A stretch of DNA of 64,000 nucleotides from an uncultured bacterium (GCA_963777505.1 CAVZQN010000001.1:448001-512000); one strand, 5' to 3'. Positions 22,248 to 33,210 are shown, counted from the first letter of the stretch. The notes: generated from the letters alone by a model not told the origin. Program-made: numbers and translations.

Positions 22248-23021
22248 TCAGGAAAATGAAAGAGCAGCGCTTGCGGCTTCTTTCAAAGTCTTCATCACCT
22301 GGAGATACGGATATGGGCCATAGCTAATACGGGAAACTCCCACTTCAGCAAGTTGTTTTGATGAAGGTGCATCCGGTTGATACATAATATTGATCGGCAG
22401 AGGTGAACGTTCGCAAAGCGTTTCAATGAATGCAATATTGATCAATCCCGGAACAAAAAAGCCAGTCGCACCGGAATCTGCATAAGCTGAAGCCCGGCTC
22501 AAAGCTTCTTCGAGTTGGCTCTCATTGTGAGGAGCAGAATCGGCCTTCAAAAAAATATCCGTGCGTGCATTTATGAAAAGGGGTACTGACAAACGGTCAG
22601 CCGTTTTGCGAATTGCTTGAATCCGTTCCCCTTGGTTCTGAATCGAATACAGGTCAGTTCCACCAACGATTTGATCTTCAAAATTGATTCCTACCGCTCC
22701 GGCTTCAATTACTTTTGCTATAGACACCTGGAGTTCAGCAGGACTCGTTCCATAACCTCCTTCAAAATCGAAAGTAACTGGAAGATCCACATTTGAGATA
22801 ATTCGATTTAGATTTGCCAGTGCAAGTTCAAACGGCAGTTTTTCCCCATCTTGAAATCCATGTGCTGCCGCAACAGACCAACTACCGGTAGCGATTGCCT
22901 TTGCTCCAATCTCTTGTACGATTTTTGCGCTTCCCGCATCCCAGACATTAAACAAAATCACAGGGTTTCCTTTTGTGTGAAGACTTTTGAATGTATTTGC
23001 ATGTTCTTTTTGCTTCGTCAT
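22248..23021 (-). CDS. isocitrate lyase/PEP mutase family protein
   Basis: NVWDAGSA, DFEGGYG, GINFED, INARTD and RISYG motifs. Confidence 0.88.
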   Translation of the reverse strand: MTKQKEHANTFKSLHTKGNPVILFNVWDAGSAKIVQEIGAKAIATGSWSVAAAHGFQDGEKLPFELALANLNRIISNVDLPVTFDFEGGYGTSPAELQVSIAKVIEAGAVGINFEDQIVGGTDLYSIQNQGERIQAIRKTADRLSVPLFINARTDIFLKADSAPHNESQLEEALSRASAYADSGATGFFVPGLINIAFIETLCERSPLPINIMYQPDAPSSKQLAEVGVSRISYGPYPYLQVMKTLKEAASAALSFS

Positions 23022-23171
23022 TTGATCCTCTTTCTTTTGCTTCTTTGTAGTGAGTTACTCATAATAAATCATGAAGGTGCAAGATTAGGTTACCCTCAAA
23101 AAACCGATGTATAATCCTACAGTTTTCATTGTCATTACTTAAATAAAAGCCCAAACCGGAGTCACGACAAC

Positions 23172-26100
23172 ATGAGTTCTTTGCAATCAGGGGAGACGAT
23201 TCTTCATTATAAGATCCTCGAGAAAATCGGTGAGGGTGGAATGGGGGCAGTTTATAAGGCAGAGGACCTGAAACTCGGAAGACAGGTCGCATTAAAATTT
23301 TTATCTTCGGAATCTCCTGAAGATAAAAAAGCCAAAAGCCGCTTGTTGCAAGAAGCCCGAGCAACATCGGCCCTCAACCATCCCAATATCGTAACAATCT
23401 ATTCCATCGAACATGCCGACGGTTTTGACTTTATAGTCATGGAATATGTGGAGGGGGAAACTCTAAAATCGGTCATCGATCAGGGTTTGTTAGACACCTC
23501 CCGGTTGATGGACCTCGGCGCAGAGATCGCGGATGCTCTTTTTGCAGCACACTCTGCCGGATTCATTCATAGAGACATTAAGCCATCAAATATTCTGGTT
23601 ACTCCGCGCGGTCAGGCGAAGATACTTGATTTTGGTCTCGCAAAATTGGTCCCATTTGTTGATGAACAGCTCAGCGGTGAACAAACGATGAGCAAACTGA
23701 CAAGGACCGGCATGATCATCGGCACGGTAGCTTACATGTCTCCTGAACAGACACGCGGTGAGCCTCTGGATTTTCGTACCGATATTTTTTCGTTAGGTGC
23801 TGTTCTTTATGAGGCAGCTACCGGGGTAGTGCCATTTAGCGGGCCAAGCGTGCTGTCGGTGCTTCATGAGATAGCCACTCTGGATCCGCCAACACCAAGC
23901 ACGTTGAGTCAGAGTGTTCCGCAAGGACTCGATACCATTATCAAACGCGCGCTGGCAAAAAATAAAGAGCAGCGTTATTCCTCTGCTGCGGAATTAGCCG
24001 AAGCTTTGCGCTCACTTCGATTTGCAAATCGTTATCAGATACTCCGTGAAATTGGTCGCGGTGGAATGGGTGTCGTTTATCTTGCTCGCGATCCTATGTT
24101 GCAACGCGACGTTGCAATCAAAGTCATCACTCCAGAATTCCTTGGATCAGATGCTGTAGAACGATTTAAACGAGAAGCACGAGTGGTCGCCAACATGGAT
24201 CATCCATCCATTGTTGGCGTCTATGACATTGGAGAACACGGAGGATCACTCTTTTTTGTTATGCCTTTTGTGGCAGGAACGAATTTGCGAGCATTCATTA
24301 AAGATGGAGCGTTGAGCCTTGGTGATGTACTGAACATCGGAATTCAAGTAGCTGAAGCACTTGATTACAGTCACTCCAAGGGGGTTGTTCACCGGGATAT
24401 CAAGCCGGAAAACATTTTAGTCTCACAGGATGATAGTACGACCGAAGGGATTCGAGTCAGAGTGACTGATTTCGGTCTTGCGATGGCATCAGCACAAAGC
24501 CATCTCACAAAAACAGGAACGCTTGTAGGCACCATATCATATTTAAGTCCCGAACAACTTTCATCAAGGGAACTTGATGGCCGTTCCGATATTTATTCGC
24601 TTGGAATTGTTTTATATGAATGTCTTGTCGGAAAGTCGCCTTATTTGGGAGAGCTGCAATCCGTTCTGTACAGAATTGCGCATGAAATTCCCCAATCACC
24701 CAGAGCATTGGGAGCAGAGATAGCAGAAGAATTGGAACAAATCATCATGCGATCGTTGGAAAAGGATCCCGGTAAAAGATTCCAACGCGCAAAAGAAATT
24801 GCAGAGATGTTAAAGCTCCATCGTGCAAAATTACGTGAGAGCGAGAGACTACAAAAGCTTTCCGTAGTTCAGCGCGCTTCGACTTTAATCCAACGTCCGA
24901 CACAATCTCCTTTTATAGGACGCGAAAAGGAGTTTACTGAATTACAGCGGAGTCTGAATGCAGCGTTGCATGGAGAATGCCAGTTTGTAGTAATTGGTGG
25001 AGAAGCAGGAATTGGAAAAAGCAGGTTGTTGGATGAATTGGAAAATCTGGCAAGAGCAAAAAAGATCAGGCTTCTTCACAGCCGATTCGTAGAACAAGAT
25101 CAAACCTTTCCATACCAGGGCTTCTCCGAAGCAATTCAAGAATATTTCAGAATCAAAGTAACTACATCATCCGGGCCTGTGGATTTTTCTGATCTTGCTT
25201 CAGATCTCGTTTCCCTATTCCCCGTTCTTGCGGAAATGGCCGAATTCACAGGCGGTCAAAAGCTAGTCGTATCAGGCGAAGTGAAGAAGACACAAGACCG
25301 TACTTATATTTTTGATCTACTCGCAAGATCGTTTGCCCGTATCGGCGGAGGCAAACCACTCATCATCTTGTTTGAAGATCTGCAAAATGCCGATGTTTCA
25401 CTCGATGCTCTTCAATACATCGTTCGCCGTCTCGGTCCAACACCAACTTTGATGGTGGGAACGTATCGTACAACCGAAGTTGATAAACACCATCCGCTGA
25501 CAAAGATGCTAAAAAGTTTTCAAGGTGACAAACGTTTTAGCCAGATTAACCTTGAACCTCTATCCATTTCTGATTACCGGCCCTTTTTACAAACACTGAT
25601 TGGCGGATCTGATATGGAACAACATTTTGTGGATAAACTCTACGAAGCTACGGAAGGGAATCCACATTTTACAAAAGAACTAGTTCGCTCATTAATTGAT
25701 TCCGGAAAAATTGCCAAAAATGAAACAGGGGCATGGAGTTTGAGCGGTGAAACTGCACTTTCTTCGGAAGAACTGCCGCCGACAATTCAAGAAACAGTTG
25801 AAAAGCGAATTGAACGTCTTCCCCAGGATTGGCGGGAAATTTTGTCCACAGCATCCATATTAGGTAAAACTTTTGATTTTCGTGATCTTGAAGTATTAAC
25901 CGGAAAAAAAGAAAACATTGAAGATGTAATTGACGGTTTAATCACATCTGGTTTTATAGAAGAAGAACGCCGGTCACGCAGCGATCAGTTTATTTTCTCC
26001 AGCGGTATTGTACGTGATGTACTTTATGCTTCTGTACCCAGGCGAAAGAGAAGAACACTTCACAGAAAATATGCAGAGGATCTTGAAGAGCGTAATGCCG

Positions 26101-29100
26101 GACGTCTCGAACGGGTTTACTCGCTTCTTGTGCATCATTATTCGGAAGGTGATGTCCCTGAAAAGGTAATTGAATTCGGAATCCAGTCCGCAAAAAAATC
26201 ACTGGAAGCTTTAAGCTCCGAAGATGCTCTGCGCACGACAAAAGTCGTACTTGAATTCCTCCAGGGCGAAGAAGATTCCAACAGTGAATTAGAAGGAGAT
26301 GTTCGCATGCTTCTTGCTGAGGCTCATCGTCTTGCAAGCAACACAGATGCAGCCCTTCAAGAATTGGAATCAGCAGTCAGTGTTTTCCAAAAAAGTCAAA
26401 ACACTGAGCGCTTGATTGAATCAATCGTGATGGCGGCTCAGACGGCATGGGATGGACGTAAAGCGGATGACACGCGGCGTTGGGTTGAACAAGGATTGAG
26501 CTTAGCGCGGTCCAGCGGAAAAGTTGAAGCTTTAGTTGACTTGCTGTCCGTTGGAATCACTGTTGCGAATCTCAGGGGCGAATTCGATAAAGCCAGGGAA
26601 TATATGCAGGAAACGGAACGGATTAAACCTGCAATGAAAGAAAAAGAAGAATCCGTTTCACAGGGTGGCAGGCTTGCTGTAGGAATCCCCACTCCTGTTA
26701 CGACAAAACATCCAGTCGATATTCTCATTATGGAAGAGGCGGAGATCCTGGGAAATGTTTTTGAACCCCTTCTTGCTATGGATGAGCATGGTTATGTGGT
26801 TCCGTGTCTCTGTGAGAGTTGGGAAGCTCTCGAAAAAGGGAAATCATTTCTGTTTAAACTGCGGCCGAATGTTCTGTTGCACAATCAACAGCCTCTTACT
26901 GCAGAAGCCGTAAAACGTTCTTTTGAAAAAGGAATTCAGTTAACAAAAGACCGCTTACCTGCTTCTTATTCATCCATACGAGGTGTTACCGAATTCTTAA
27001 ATGGATCATCGGATCATGTTGAAGGAATCATAATCCATTCGCCTCATTCTTTTGCAATTGAACTTCTTGAACCTCTTCCTATTTATCCCTCGCTGTTGAC
27101 AGATAGCCGGGCTGCAATCTGTCTGGATCAGGATAGTCGTCTTAGCGGAACGGGGCCTTTCAAAATTGTATCGTTCAAACCGGATCATGTTTCGATGGAA
27201 CGAAATGAAAATTACTGGAATGGCGCGCCGGCTCCACTGGATGGAATCGATTTCCGTTGCGGAGCAACTTCTGCTGAAATGAGATCGGGTTTACTTTCCG
27301 ATGAACTTGACCTGGCAAGCAATTTACTTCCGGAAGATCTTGAATCCCTTTTACAGAATCCGCAATTCCGATCCGGCATTGTTGAGGCACCAAAGAAAAC
27401 AATTTATTTTGCATTCTTCAACAGCTATAGTAAGTTGGGCCAAAACGCTGATCTTCGGAAAGCACTGAGCGGAGTCATCCGCGTTCATGATTTGATTCGA
27501 GGAACTCTCGGACGCTATGCACTTCCAGCAGAAGGTCTCATCCCTCCTGGAATATTAGGTCATGATCCTGGCAGAAGGCGTCAATCACTCTCGCAAGAAC
27601 AAATACACGAACTGATAAAAAATACAGGATTTGAGTTACCAATCCGTGTTCGAGCGTCGGTTCATCCGCTTTTACTCGATCGATATTCCGCTTTAACGAA
27701 AGCTATTTTTTCAATTTGGTCCGAAATCGGTGTGGAAGTAACGAATACAGCTGCGAATATGAATCAATATATTGGTTCATGGAAAAATAATGAAGATTAC
27801 GATTTATTGATCGGACGCTGGAACGCTGACTATGATGATCCCGATAATTTTACATACACACTTTTTCAATCAGAATTCGGCGAGTTCCGAAGTTACTATT
27901 CATCGAAAGAAATGGATCAATTTATTGAAGAAGCCCGCACCGAACCGAATCCACAAACTCGCGAAAAGGTATATCGCAAAATAGAGAGTTTTTTATTAGA
28001 TAACGCCTTTGCAATTCCTCTGTTTCACGAAATTGATTATCGTGTTGCGAATCCAAAAATTCGGCGGCTCAAGCTTCATAGCAGTCCTCCGTTTGTTAAT
28101 TATTCAAAGCTTGGGAAATCCGAAACAGCAAAGCCGGCAGTGGTCCGGAAAACTGAAGGAGGGCTCGTACAGGTTGCAATGGCCGGCAGGATTGAGAATC
28201 TTGATCCTTCATCGTGCACCACCGTTGCCCAGGGCGATGTGCTCCCCAGTATTTATGAGGGTTTGACCAGACAAGCAGAAGACGCCCAAATCATTCCATG
28301 GCTCGCATCGGAATTTAAAGCAGAAGAAGGCGGAAGAAAATTTCGTTTCCGTTTACGGGACGATGTACGCTTTCATGATGGACGACGTCTTTCCTCACGC
28401 GATGTCCGGTTCTCGTTCGAACACACTTTGCAAAATCCAACGAATCCGGCACGTTGGATGCTGGGCTCAATTCGTGGTGCCAAAGCTTTATCCGATGGTG
28501 AAACGAAAGAATTAGCGGGATTTAAAATCATTTCAGCTCTGGATTTTGTAGTGGAGTTGGATCAGCCTCTTTCCTTCTTTCCTGCCCTGTTGAGTTATCC
28601 AGCAACTGCCATTATCCCGGAAGGAACACGAGACATCAGCGGTAATTTTCTGAATCAATGTATTGGAACAGGACCTTTTCGCGTAGCGCGTTTCGAACCC
28701 GGACAACTTCTTGATCTCGAAGCAAATCCTGATTACTGGCGGCGCGGATATCCGAAAAGTGATCGGCTCGTTATGAACATGGGGCTTTCACCGCAGGATA
28801 TATTGAGCGGTTTCCAATCCGGTCGCTTTTCGGTCGTTGGAGATTTATTTCCTGGAGATGTTGATACTCTTCGTCATTCAAAAGTACCTTTCAAGTATGG
28901 CGAAACTCCACAACTTTGCACCTACTATCTTTTTCTCAATACTCATAAACCACCATTTTCTGATGAAAAAACACGTCACGCACTCATTCAATCCATTGAT
29001 ATTGAAGGAATGGTTCGAAGAAATGTTGGCCGGTTCGCTTTTCCTGCTCACAGTCTCATTCCGCCCGGACTGCTCGGATATGAGCCCAAACGTGCCTATA

Positions 29101-29621
29101 ACAAAAAAGCTGCTGCTAATGCTCCAAGTATGGATAATGTGGAACTAAACGTTATTTTGGGTACCGTTTATGAGGGCCCTTATTCATCCCTTTCTCAAGA
29201 ATTCTTTCAGTTGCTTCGGCAAAAAGGATTTCAAATAAAAAAGGAAAATAAAAAGGCCGAAGATTATTTCCTTTTCGATTCTGTTTCGGATACTGATCTT
29301 GTCATGACGCGTTGGTTTGGAGACTACCCTGACCCTGATACGTTTTTCTATGGATTGCTGCATCGAAAAGAAGGAATTCATGGCGCTTTTTCCGGATCTC
29401 CTGAATTAGACCAACTCATTGAAAGAGGCCGAACTGAAACGCTTCCACATTTAAGACATAAAATTTACCAGGAAGCGGAGCAATTGCTTGCAGAACATGC
29501 CATCTTGGTTCCACTCTTCCACGAAAAAACATACCGGTTTGCTTCTCCGGATACGGAATCGTTTGAATTAAATCTTGCCATCCAGGTTGTTCCCTACGAA
29601 AAACTCTGGATCCGTAGATAA
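23172..29621 (+). CDS. 2149-aa multidomain protein: 2x Ser/Thr kinase - STAND/AAA ATPase - helical/TPR - 2x family-5 solute-binding domain
   Basis: Kinase motifs HRDIKPSN/DFG and HRDIKPEN/DFG; Walker A GEAGIGKS and Walker B ILFEDL. Two SBP5 sets: GTGPF, LRPNVLLHN / LRDDVRFHDG, W.ADYDDPDNF / WFGDYPDPDTF, IPLFH / VPLFH. Confidence 0.9.
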   Translation: MSSLQSGETILHYKILEKIGEGGMGAVYKAEDLKLGRQVALKFLSSESPEDKKAKSRLLQEARATSALNHPNIVTIYSIEHADGFDFIVMEYVEGETLKSVIDQGLLDTSRLMDLGAEIADALFAAHSAGFIHRDIKPSNILVTPRGQAKILDFGLAKLVPFVDEQLSGEQTMSKLTRTGMIIGTVAYMSPEQTRGEPLDFRTDIFSLGAVLYEAATGVVPFSGPSVLSVLHEIATLDPPTPSTLSQSVPQGLDTIIKRALAKNKEQRYSSAAELAEALRSLRFANRYQILREIGRGGMGVVYLARDPMLQRDVAIKVITPEFLGSDAVERFKREARVVANMDHPSIVGVYDIGEHGGSLFFVMPFVAGTNLRAFIKDGALSLGDVLNIGIQVAEALDYSHSKGVVHRDIKPENILVSQDDSTTEGIRVRVTDFGLAMASAQSHLTKTGTLVGTISYLSPEQLSSRELDGRSDIYSLGIVLYECLVGKSPYLGELQSVLYRIAHEIPQSPRALGAEIAEELEQIIMRSLEKDPGKRFQRAKEIAEMLKLHRAKLRESERLQKLSVVQRASTLIQRPTQSPFIGREKEFTELQRSLNAALHGECQFVVIGGEAGIGKSRLLDELENLARAKKIRLLHSRFVEQDQTFPYQGFSEAIQEYFRIKVTTSSGPVDFSDLASDLVSLFPVLAEMAEFTGGQKLVVSGEVKKTQDRTYIFDLLARSFARIGGGKPLIILFEDLQNADVSLDALQYIVRRLGPTPTLMVGTYRTTEVDKHHPLTKMLKSFQGDKRFSQINLEPLSISDYRPFLQTLIGGSDMEQHFVDKLYEATEGNPHFTKELVRSLIDSGKIAKNETGAWSLSGETALSSEELPPTIQETVEKRIERLPQDWREILSTASILGKTFDFRDLEVLTGKKENIEDVIDGLITSGFIEEERRSRSDQFIFSSGIVRDVLYASVPRRKRRTLHRKYAEDLEERNAGRLERVYSLLVHHYSEGDVPEKVIEFGIQSAKKSLEALSSEDALRTTKVVLEFLQGEEDSNSELEGDVRMLLAEAHRLASNTDAALQELESAVSVFQKSQNTERLIESIVMAAQTAWDGRKADDTRRWVEQGLSLARSSGKVEALVDLLSVGITVANLRGEFDKAREYMQETERIKPAMKEKEESVSQGGRLAVGIPTPVTTKHPVDILIMEEAEILGNVFEPLLAMDEHGYVVPCLCESWEALEKGKSFLFKLRPNVLLHNQQPLTAEAVKRSFEKGIQLTKDRLPASYSSIRGVTEFLNGSSDHVEGIIIHSPHSFAIELLEPLPIYPSLLTDSRAAICLDQDSRLSGTGPFKIVSFKPDHVSMERNENYWNGAPAPLDGIDFRCGATSAEMRSGLLSDELDLASNLLPEDLESLLQNPQFRSGIVEAPKKTIYFAFFNSYSKLGQNADLRKALSGVIRVHDLIRGTLGRYALPAEGLIPPGILGHDPGRRRQSLSQEQIHELIKNTGFELPIRVRASVHPLLLDRYSALTKAIFSIWSEIGVEVTNTAANMNQYIGSWKNNEDYDLLIGRWNADYDDPDNFTYTLFQSEFGEFRSYYSSKEMDQFIEEARTEPNPQTREKVYRKIESFLLDNAFAIPLFHEIDYRVANPKIRRLKLHSSPPFVNYSKLGKSETAKPAVVRKTEGGLVQVAMAGRIENLDPSSCTTVAQGDVLPSIYEGLTRQAEDAQIIPWLASEFKAEEGGRKFRFRLRDDVRFHDGRRLSSRDVRFSFEHTLQNPTNPARWMLGSIRGAKALSDGETKELAGFKIISALDFVVELDQPLSFFPALLSYPATAIIPEGTRDISGNFLNQCIGTGPFRVARFEPGQLLDLEANPDYWRRGYPKSDRLVMNMGLSPQDILSGFQSGRFSVVGDLFPGDVDTLRHSKVPFKYGETPQLCTYYLFLNTHKPPFSDEKTRHALIQSIDIEGMVRRNVGRFAFPAHSLIPPGLLGYEPKRAYNKKAAANAPSMDNVELNVILGTVYEGPYSSLSQEFFQLLRQKGFQIKKENKKAEDYFLFDSVSDTDLVMTRWFGDYPDPDTFFYGLLHRKEGIHGAFSGSPELDQLIERGRTETLPHLRHKIYQEAEQLLAEHAILVPLFHEKTYRFASPDTESFELNLAIQVVPYEKLWIRR

Positions 29622-29659
29622 TGAGATTTCTTGCGGTGAGGGCCGCCACCAACTTCGGG

Positions 29660-30493
29660 CTATTTAGACGCCGATGCTTCTAAGGCCACCGGTGAGGCAG
29701 TGGGTTGCTGGGCTGGGTTTAGACAATAGTTTGTAAATGTGGTTGAAATCTCCCGTGTTTCGGAATAAATGAATAACGCTTTCACCTTAAGGTTCAAGTG
29801 AAGAGAAGCCGGAAGCATTGAATCGCCGTATGGCATCTGTGTGTAATCAAAATCTAAATTCGTTACCTTTGCCAGACCAAAACCGAAACCGACATCATCG
29901 TTGAGACCCGCCTGCAATCTAACAATCCGATATTCCCGATCCACCCACATCGTGCCGTCAAGATGATTTAACACCTTTTCTATTCGATTGCGAACCGGTA
30001 ATTTGGTTTTCTTATGTTTAAACAACAAAACATAAGCCTCGCTGTGATCGTTCGAATCAATGGTGAAATCATATTTCTGCAATAGTTCGTGCCAGCTAAA
30101 GGGAATTCGCTGCGAATTGTTCCCGTTTTGCACCGACTTTTGCCATTCCTTTTTGTTCTGAGCTTCTTCTTTTTTCTGCTTCTCGTTTAACGGACGATTG
30201 TTGATTTGATGCAGTTCAAGGCGCGGTTTTTCCTGATTCCACAAGGTTCGATAATTTCTTGTTTCCGTCTTTTTCGCATCCCCCTTCCGGTTCAACGAAC
30301 GAATATTCATCGTTACGTCGTAACCATAATTCCGGATATTTGATTCATTCTCTGAAGCCTGTTGGGCAATTTTCTGAATAAGCTCATCATGATTCTCCGC
30401 CCCTTCAAGTGGCAGATATATAGAGCCGATTGCAATGAAGACTAGAACAGTTAGAGGTAAGATTCGAAGCATCTGGATCTTTTGCTTCCTCAT
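29660..30493 (-). CDS. exported hypothetical protein (beta-rich, LolA/DUF2092-like)
   Basis: N-terminal hydrophobic leader; GTMWVDREYRIVRL and C-terminal FTNY pattern. Confidence 0.5.
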   Translation of the reverse strand: MRKQKIQMLRILPLTVLVFIAIGSIYLPLEGAENHDELIQKIAQQASENESNIRNYGYDVTMNIRSLNRKGDAKKTETRNYRTLWNQEKPRLELHQINNRPLNEKQKKEEAQNKKEWQKSVQNGNNSQRIPFSWHELLQKYDFTIDSNDHSEAYVLLFKHKKTKLPVRNRIEKVLNHLDGTMWVDREYRIVRLQAGLNDDVGFGFGLAKVTNLDFDYTQMPYGDSMLPASLHLNLKVKALFIYSETREISTTFTNYCLNPAQQPTASPVALEASASK

Positions 30494-30617
30494 ATAGATA
30501 AAGAATACTTACCTGGTCAATTTGAAATAGCGCACATTTTCCATTTTTCTTGAAACAGTAGACGAGGGTCAGACTGTCGCAGAACGAACGACATAAATTA
30601 GGCTTTAGAGTTTTTCG

Positions 30618-30654
30618 GGGAGCGCCGACGTCCCGACCAGAGGCCTGCGCTCCC
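30618..30654. repeat. GC-rich REP-like hairpin immediately downstream of the TPR gene
   Basis: GGGAGCGC...GCGCTCCC inverted repeat. Confidence 0.4.
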
Positions 30655-30656
30655 GT

Positions 30657-31841
30657 TTAAAAATTCTCGGAATCAATTGCCAGGACCAATCGTTCCGCTT
30701 CCTTATAATATTTGGACTCGCTCGGAGCCGTTTGCATGATTTTGTTGCAATGGCTTTTTGCAATGTCCCATTCACGCAAGGATGCAAATGTCAGGGCAAG
30801 ATTCATCAACGGTTCAGGACGCGATTTATCCAATTCATTTGCTTTTTGGAAAAACGGGATCGCATCATTCCGATTCTGCCCGTTCTGTAGAATCCATACG
30901 CCCATGCCATTGTAAGGTTTCCATTCATCTTCACCTTTGGTCAATGCGGATTCATATTGCTGGCGCGATTCCTCCACTAAATTGGCTGCTGAATAAAGTT
31001 CGCCAAGATTGTAGTGAGCTTCCCAATTTTGAGGATTTAGTTCCAGAGCTTTGAGAAATGCTTTTTCAGCTGTTTCGAATTGTCCTAGTATGACGGAATA
31101 AAGCCCAAGACGAAGGTGGTCGTCATAAGAATTCCGTCTTCGAATACATTCGTAGGTTTCATCGATGGCTTCCTGAAACATTCCTTGAGAGGCGAGAAGT
31201 CCGCAGAGCTGTTCGCGCAGTAGGTGTGCATCAGGCACATATTGAAGTCCTTTTCTGTAAACGTCTATCGCCTCTTCCGGCTTTCCTGCCAAAGCTAAAA
31301 GCGCACCCAGGGCAAAATAACCTTTTACAAAAAGCGGATTGCTATTTACCGATGCTACGAGATGTTTCAATGCATCAACTACTTTTCCCTGATCTGCACA
31401 AATACAGGCCAGTTCATAGTGACCAAGCGTATCCTGTGGGTTCATTTGAATCGCTTTTTGAGCTGCTTGTTCGGCTTCCTGCTTCCTTCCTAATAATGAA
31501 AAACAGCGAGCAAAATACCCATGAATTTCAAGCCGCGGATTGGACGCTTCGGCTTTTGAAAAATATTCGAGTGCCTTTACGGTATCTCCTTTTTCCAGTT
31601 CACTGATGCCGCGAAATGTTAACGCTTGAGGTTCAGCGGAATTGATGGAGATCGCTTCGTCCAACAAGCGATCTCCTTTTTCAGTATCCCCTTGTATGAA
31701 TGCAATTCTTCCAAGCCAAATAATTGCATCCGAAGAACGCGGATCCATCGAAAGAACTTTCGAGAAACAATTCTCAGCATCTTTCAATTTCAAATTACGT
31801 GCGAATTCCGTTCCTTGATCCATCAATTGGGTAGTGTTCAT
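30657..31841 (-). CDS. all-TPR protein (~10 repeats), no signal peptide
   Basis: Repeated A...LG...A...F.KAL.L.P pattern; GGAGA RBS just after the upstream stop codon. Confidence 0.85.
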   Translation of the reverse strand: MNTTQLMDQGTEFARNLKLKDAENCFSKVLSMDPRSSDAIIWLGRIAFIQGDTEKGDRLLDEAISINSAEPQALTFRGISELEKGDTVKALEYFSKAEASNPRLEIHGYFARCFSLLGRKQEAEQAAQKAIQMNPQDTLGHYELACICADQGKVVDALKHLVASVNSNPLFVKGYFALGALLALAGKPEEAIDVYRKGLQYVPDAHLLREQLCGLLASQGMFQEAIDETYECIRRRNSYDDHLRLGLYSVILGQFETAEKAFLKALELNPQNWEAHYNLGELYSAANLVEESRQQYESALTKGEDEWKPYNGMGVWILQNGQNRNDAIPFFQKANELDKSRPEPLMNLALTFASLREWDIAKSHCNKIMQTAPSESKYYKEAERLVLAIDSENF

Positions 31842-31852
31842 GATTTCTCTCC

Positions 31853-33170
31853 TTATACCGCCGGCTGCGTGTTACGCGTTCTTTTATCATTCAATTCATT
31901 GGTCTTTTTATTCTGACGCTCATCGGACTGATCTGACGGAACATCAGATTTACGTGATAGGCTGAAGGCGATATCCAATAGAGCCATCAACGATCCTCCA
32001 TTCACGCCGAGGACGTGCCCTACGTCTTGCAAAAAATCGCCGGCAGGATAAAGCACTTCATGAGCGTCGGGTTTCCATGGCCATGGAAAATTCTCCTCCC
32101 ATACCCAGACCACAGGACGGCCTGTTGCATCCTTCACCATGTTCTCTCCGAGCTTTTCGAACTCAACAACGTTGACGGAGAAGCCCACATTGTAGCCAGC
32201 GCCATATATGGCGGCCAAACCAGCTCCACTGCTGAAAGTGAAAGAGCCATCTTTAAATCCAACATCCAAACCTGCACCTCCACCGACACCCGCATATGCA
32301 TCACCTTTACCGTAGACGCTTGCGAATTTCCCTAACGAGCTTCTGCCGGAAATGGATGCAGTTGCAGTTGCAAAAGCTTGTGCACCAAGCCGCAAAAATC
32401 CATCGCCTTTCGTGACATCAACATTTAGAGTGGCTTCTGCTTCAGCAATAATTCCCGCATACGCATCAACGTTGATAATGGAATGCAATGAAGCATCGCG
32501 GCCGAAAAATTTCACACTGGGAGCATCGTGTTTCAATTCAAGATGGAATCCGATGACTTCCAATGAACCTTGCAGCCCCAATCCGAGTTTCGCAGTTAAA
32601 GTTTCTAGCTTAAAATCAGCCACTCCGAATCCACGCAATCTAGCTGATAGAAAATCCAAACGGCCTGTTGCGGAACCGGTTCCTGCTTTCTCATCCTTCA
32701 ATTTCCGATCAATCGGATGCCGAAACACTGCACCCGGATCCAAATCAAACAAGGTCGTCCCTTTTTTCCAATCAAGAGAGCCCATCACATTGCTGTATTT
32801 CTTTTTTAATTCTTCATTTGTGCCGGCAGATCGTGAATCTTTTTCTTTTACTTTGTCACTGTCGCCCCAAACTTCCTTTCCTGCTGCACCTTTGGGTGCA
32901 GCTTTGGAAACCATATCTGCTCCCATCCGCGCTTTGCGCAGTTGGTCTTCCAGATTGAAAACGTCAAGCTGATTCAACCCCTTGAGTTCCGGCAGTTCGG
33001 GAGTATTTAACAATCCGTTGTTCAAAGGATTCTGGGATGTAACTTCTTCAAATTTGTCTTTTACGAATTCAGAGGCTCCTTTTAGAATCGAAGCCGGGCT
33101 TGTATTTGTCTTTTTGGTCCGGGTTGGCGCCCGGGACATTCTTAAGAATGTCTTTCAGGTCGATTTTCAT
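31853..33170 (-). CDS. Gly/Ala-rich amphipathic beta-strand protein, possible secreted pore-former (probable frameshift near 5' end)
   Basis: ORF 31853..33139. AGGAGA RBS plus ATG33170 (MKIDLKDIL) lies in another frame. Repeated DAYAG/QAFAT/GAGL strands. Confidence 0.55.
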
Positions 33171-33210
33171 TGCGTCTCTCCTTTGCGTTTTGCGGTCCAT
33201 TGGCCTCTAT

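Noticed and set aside
18313-22559. Prophage or IS element
   Set aside because: No integrase, transposase or phage gene lies between the repeats; kept only as a duplication scar
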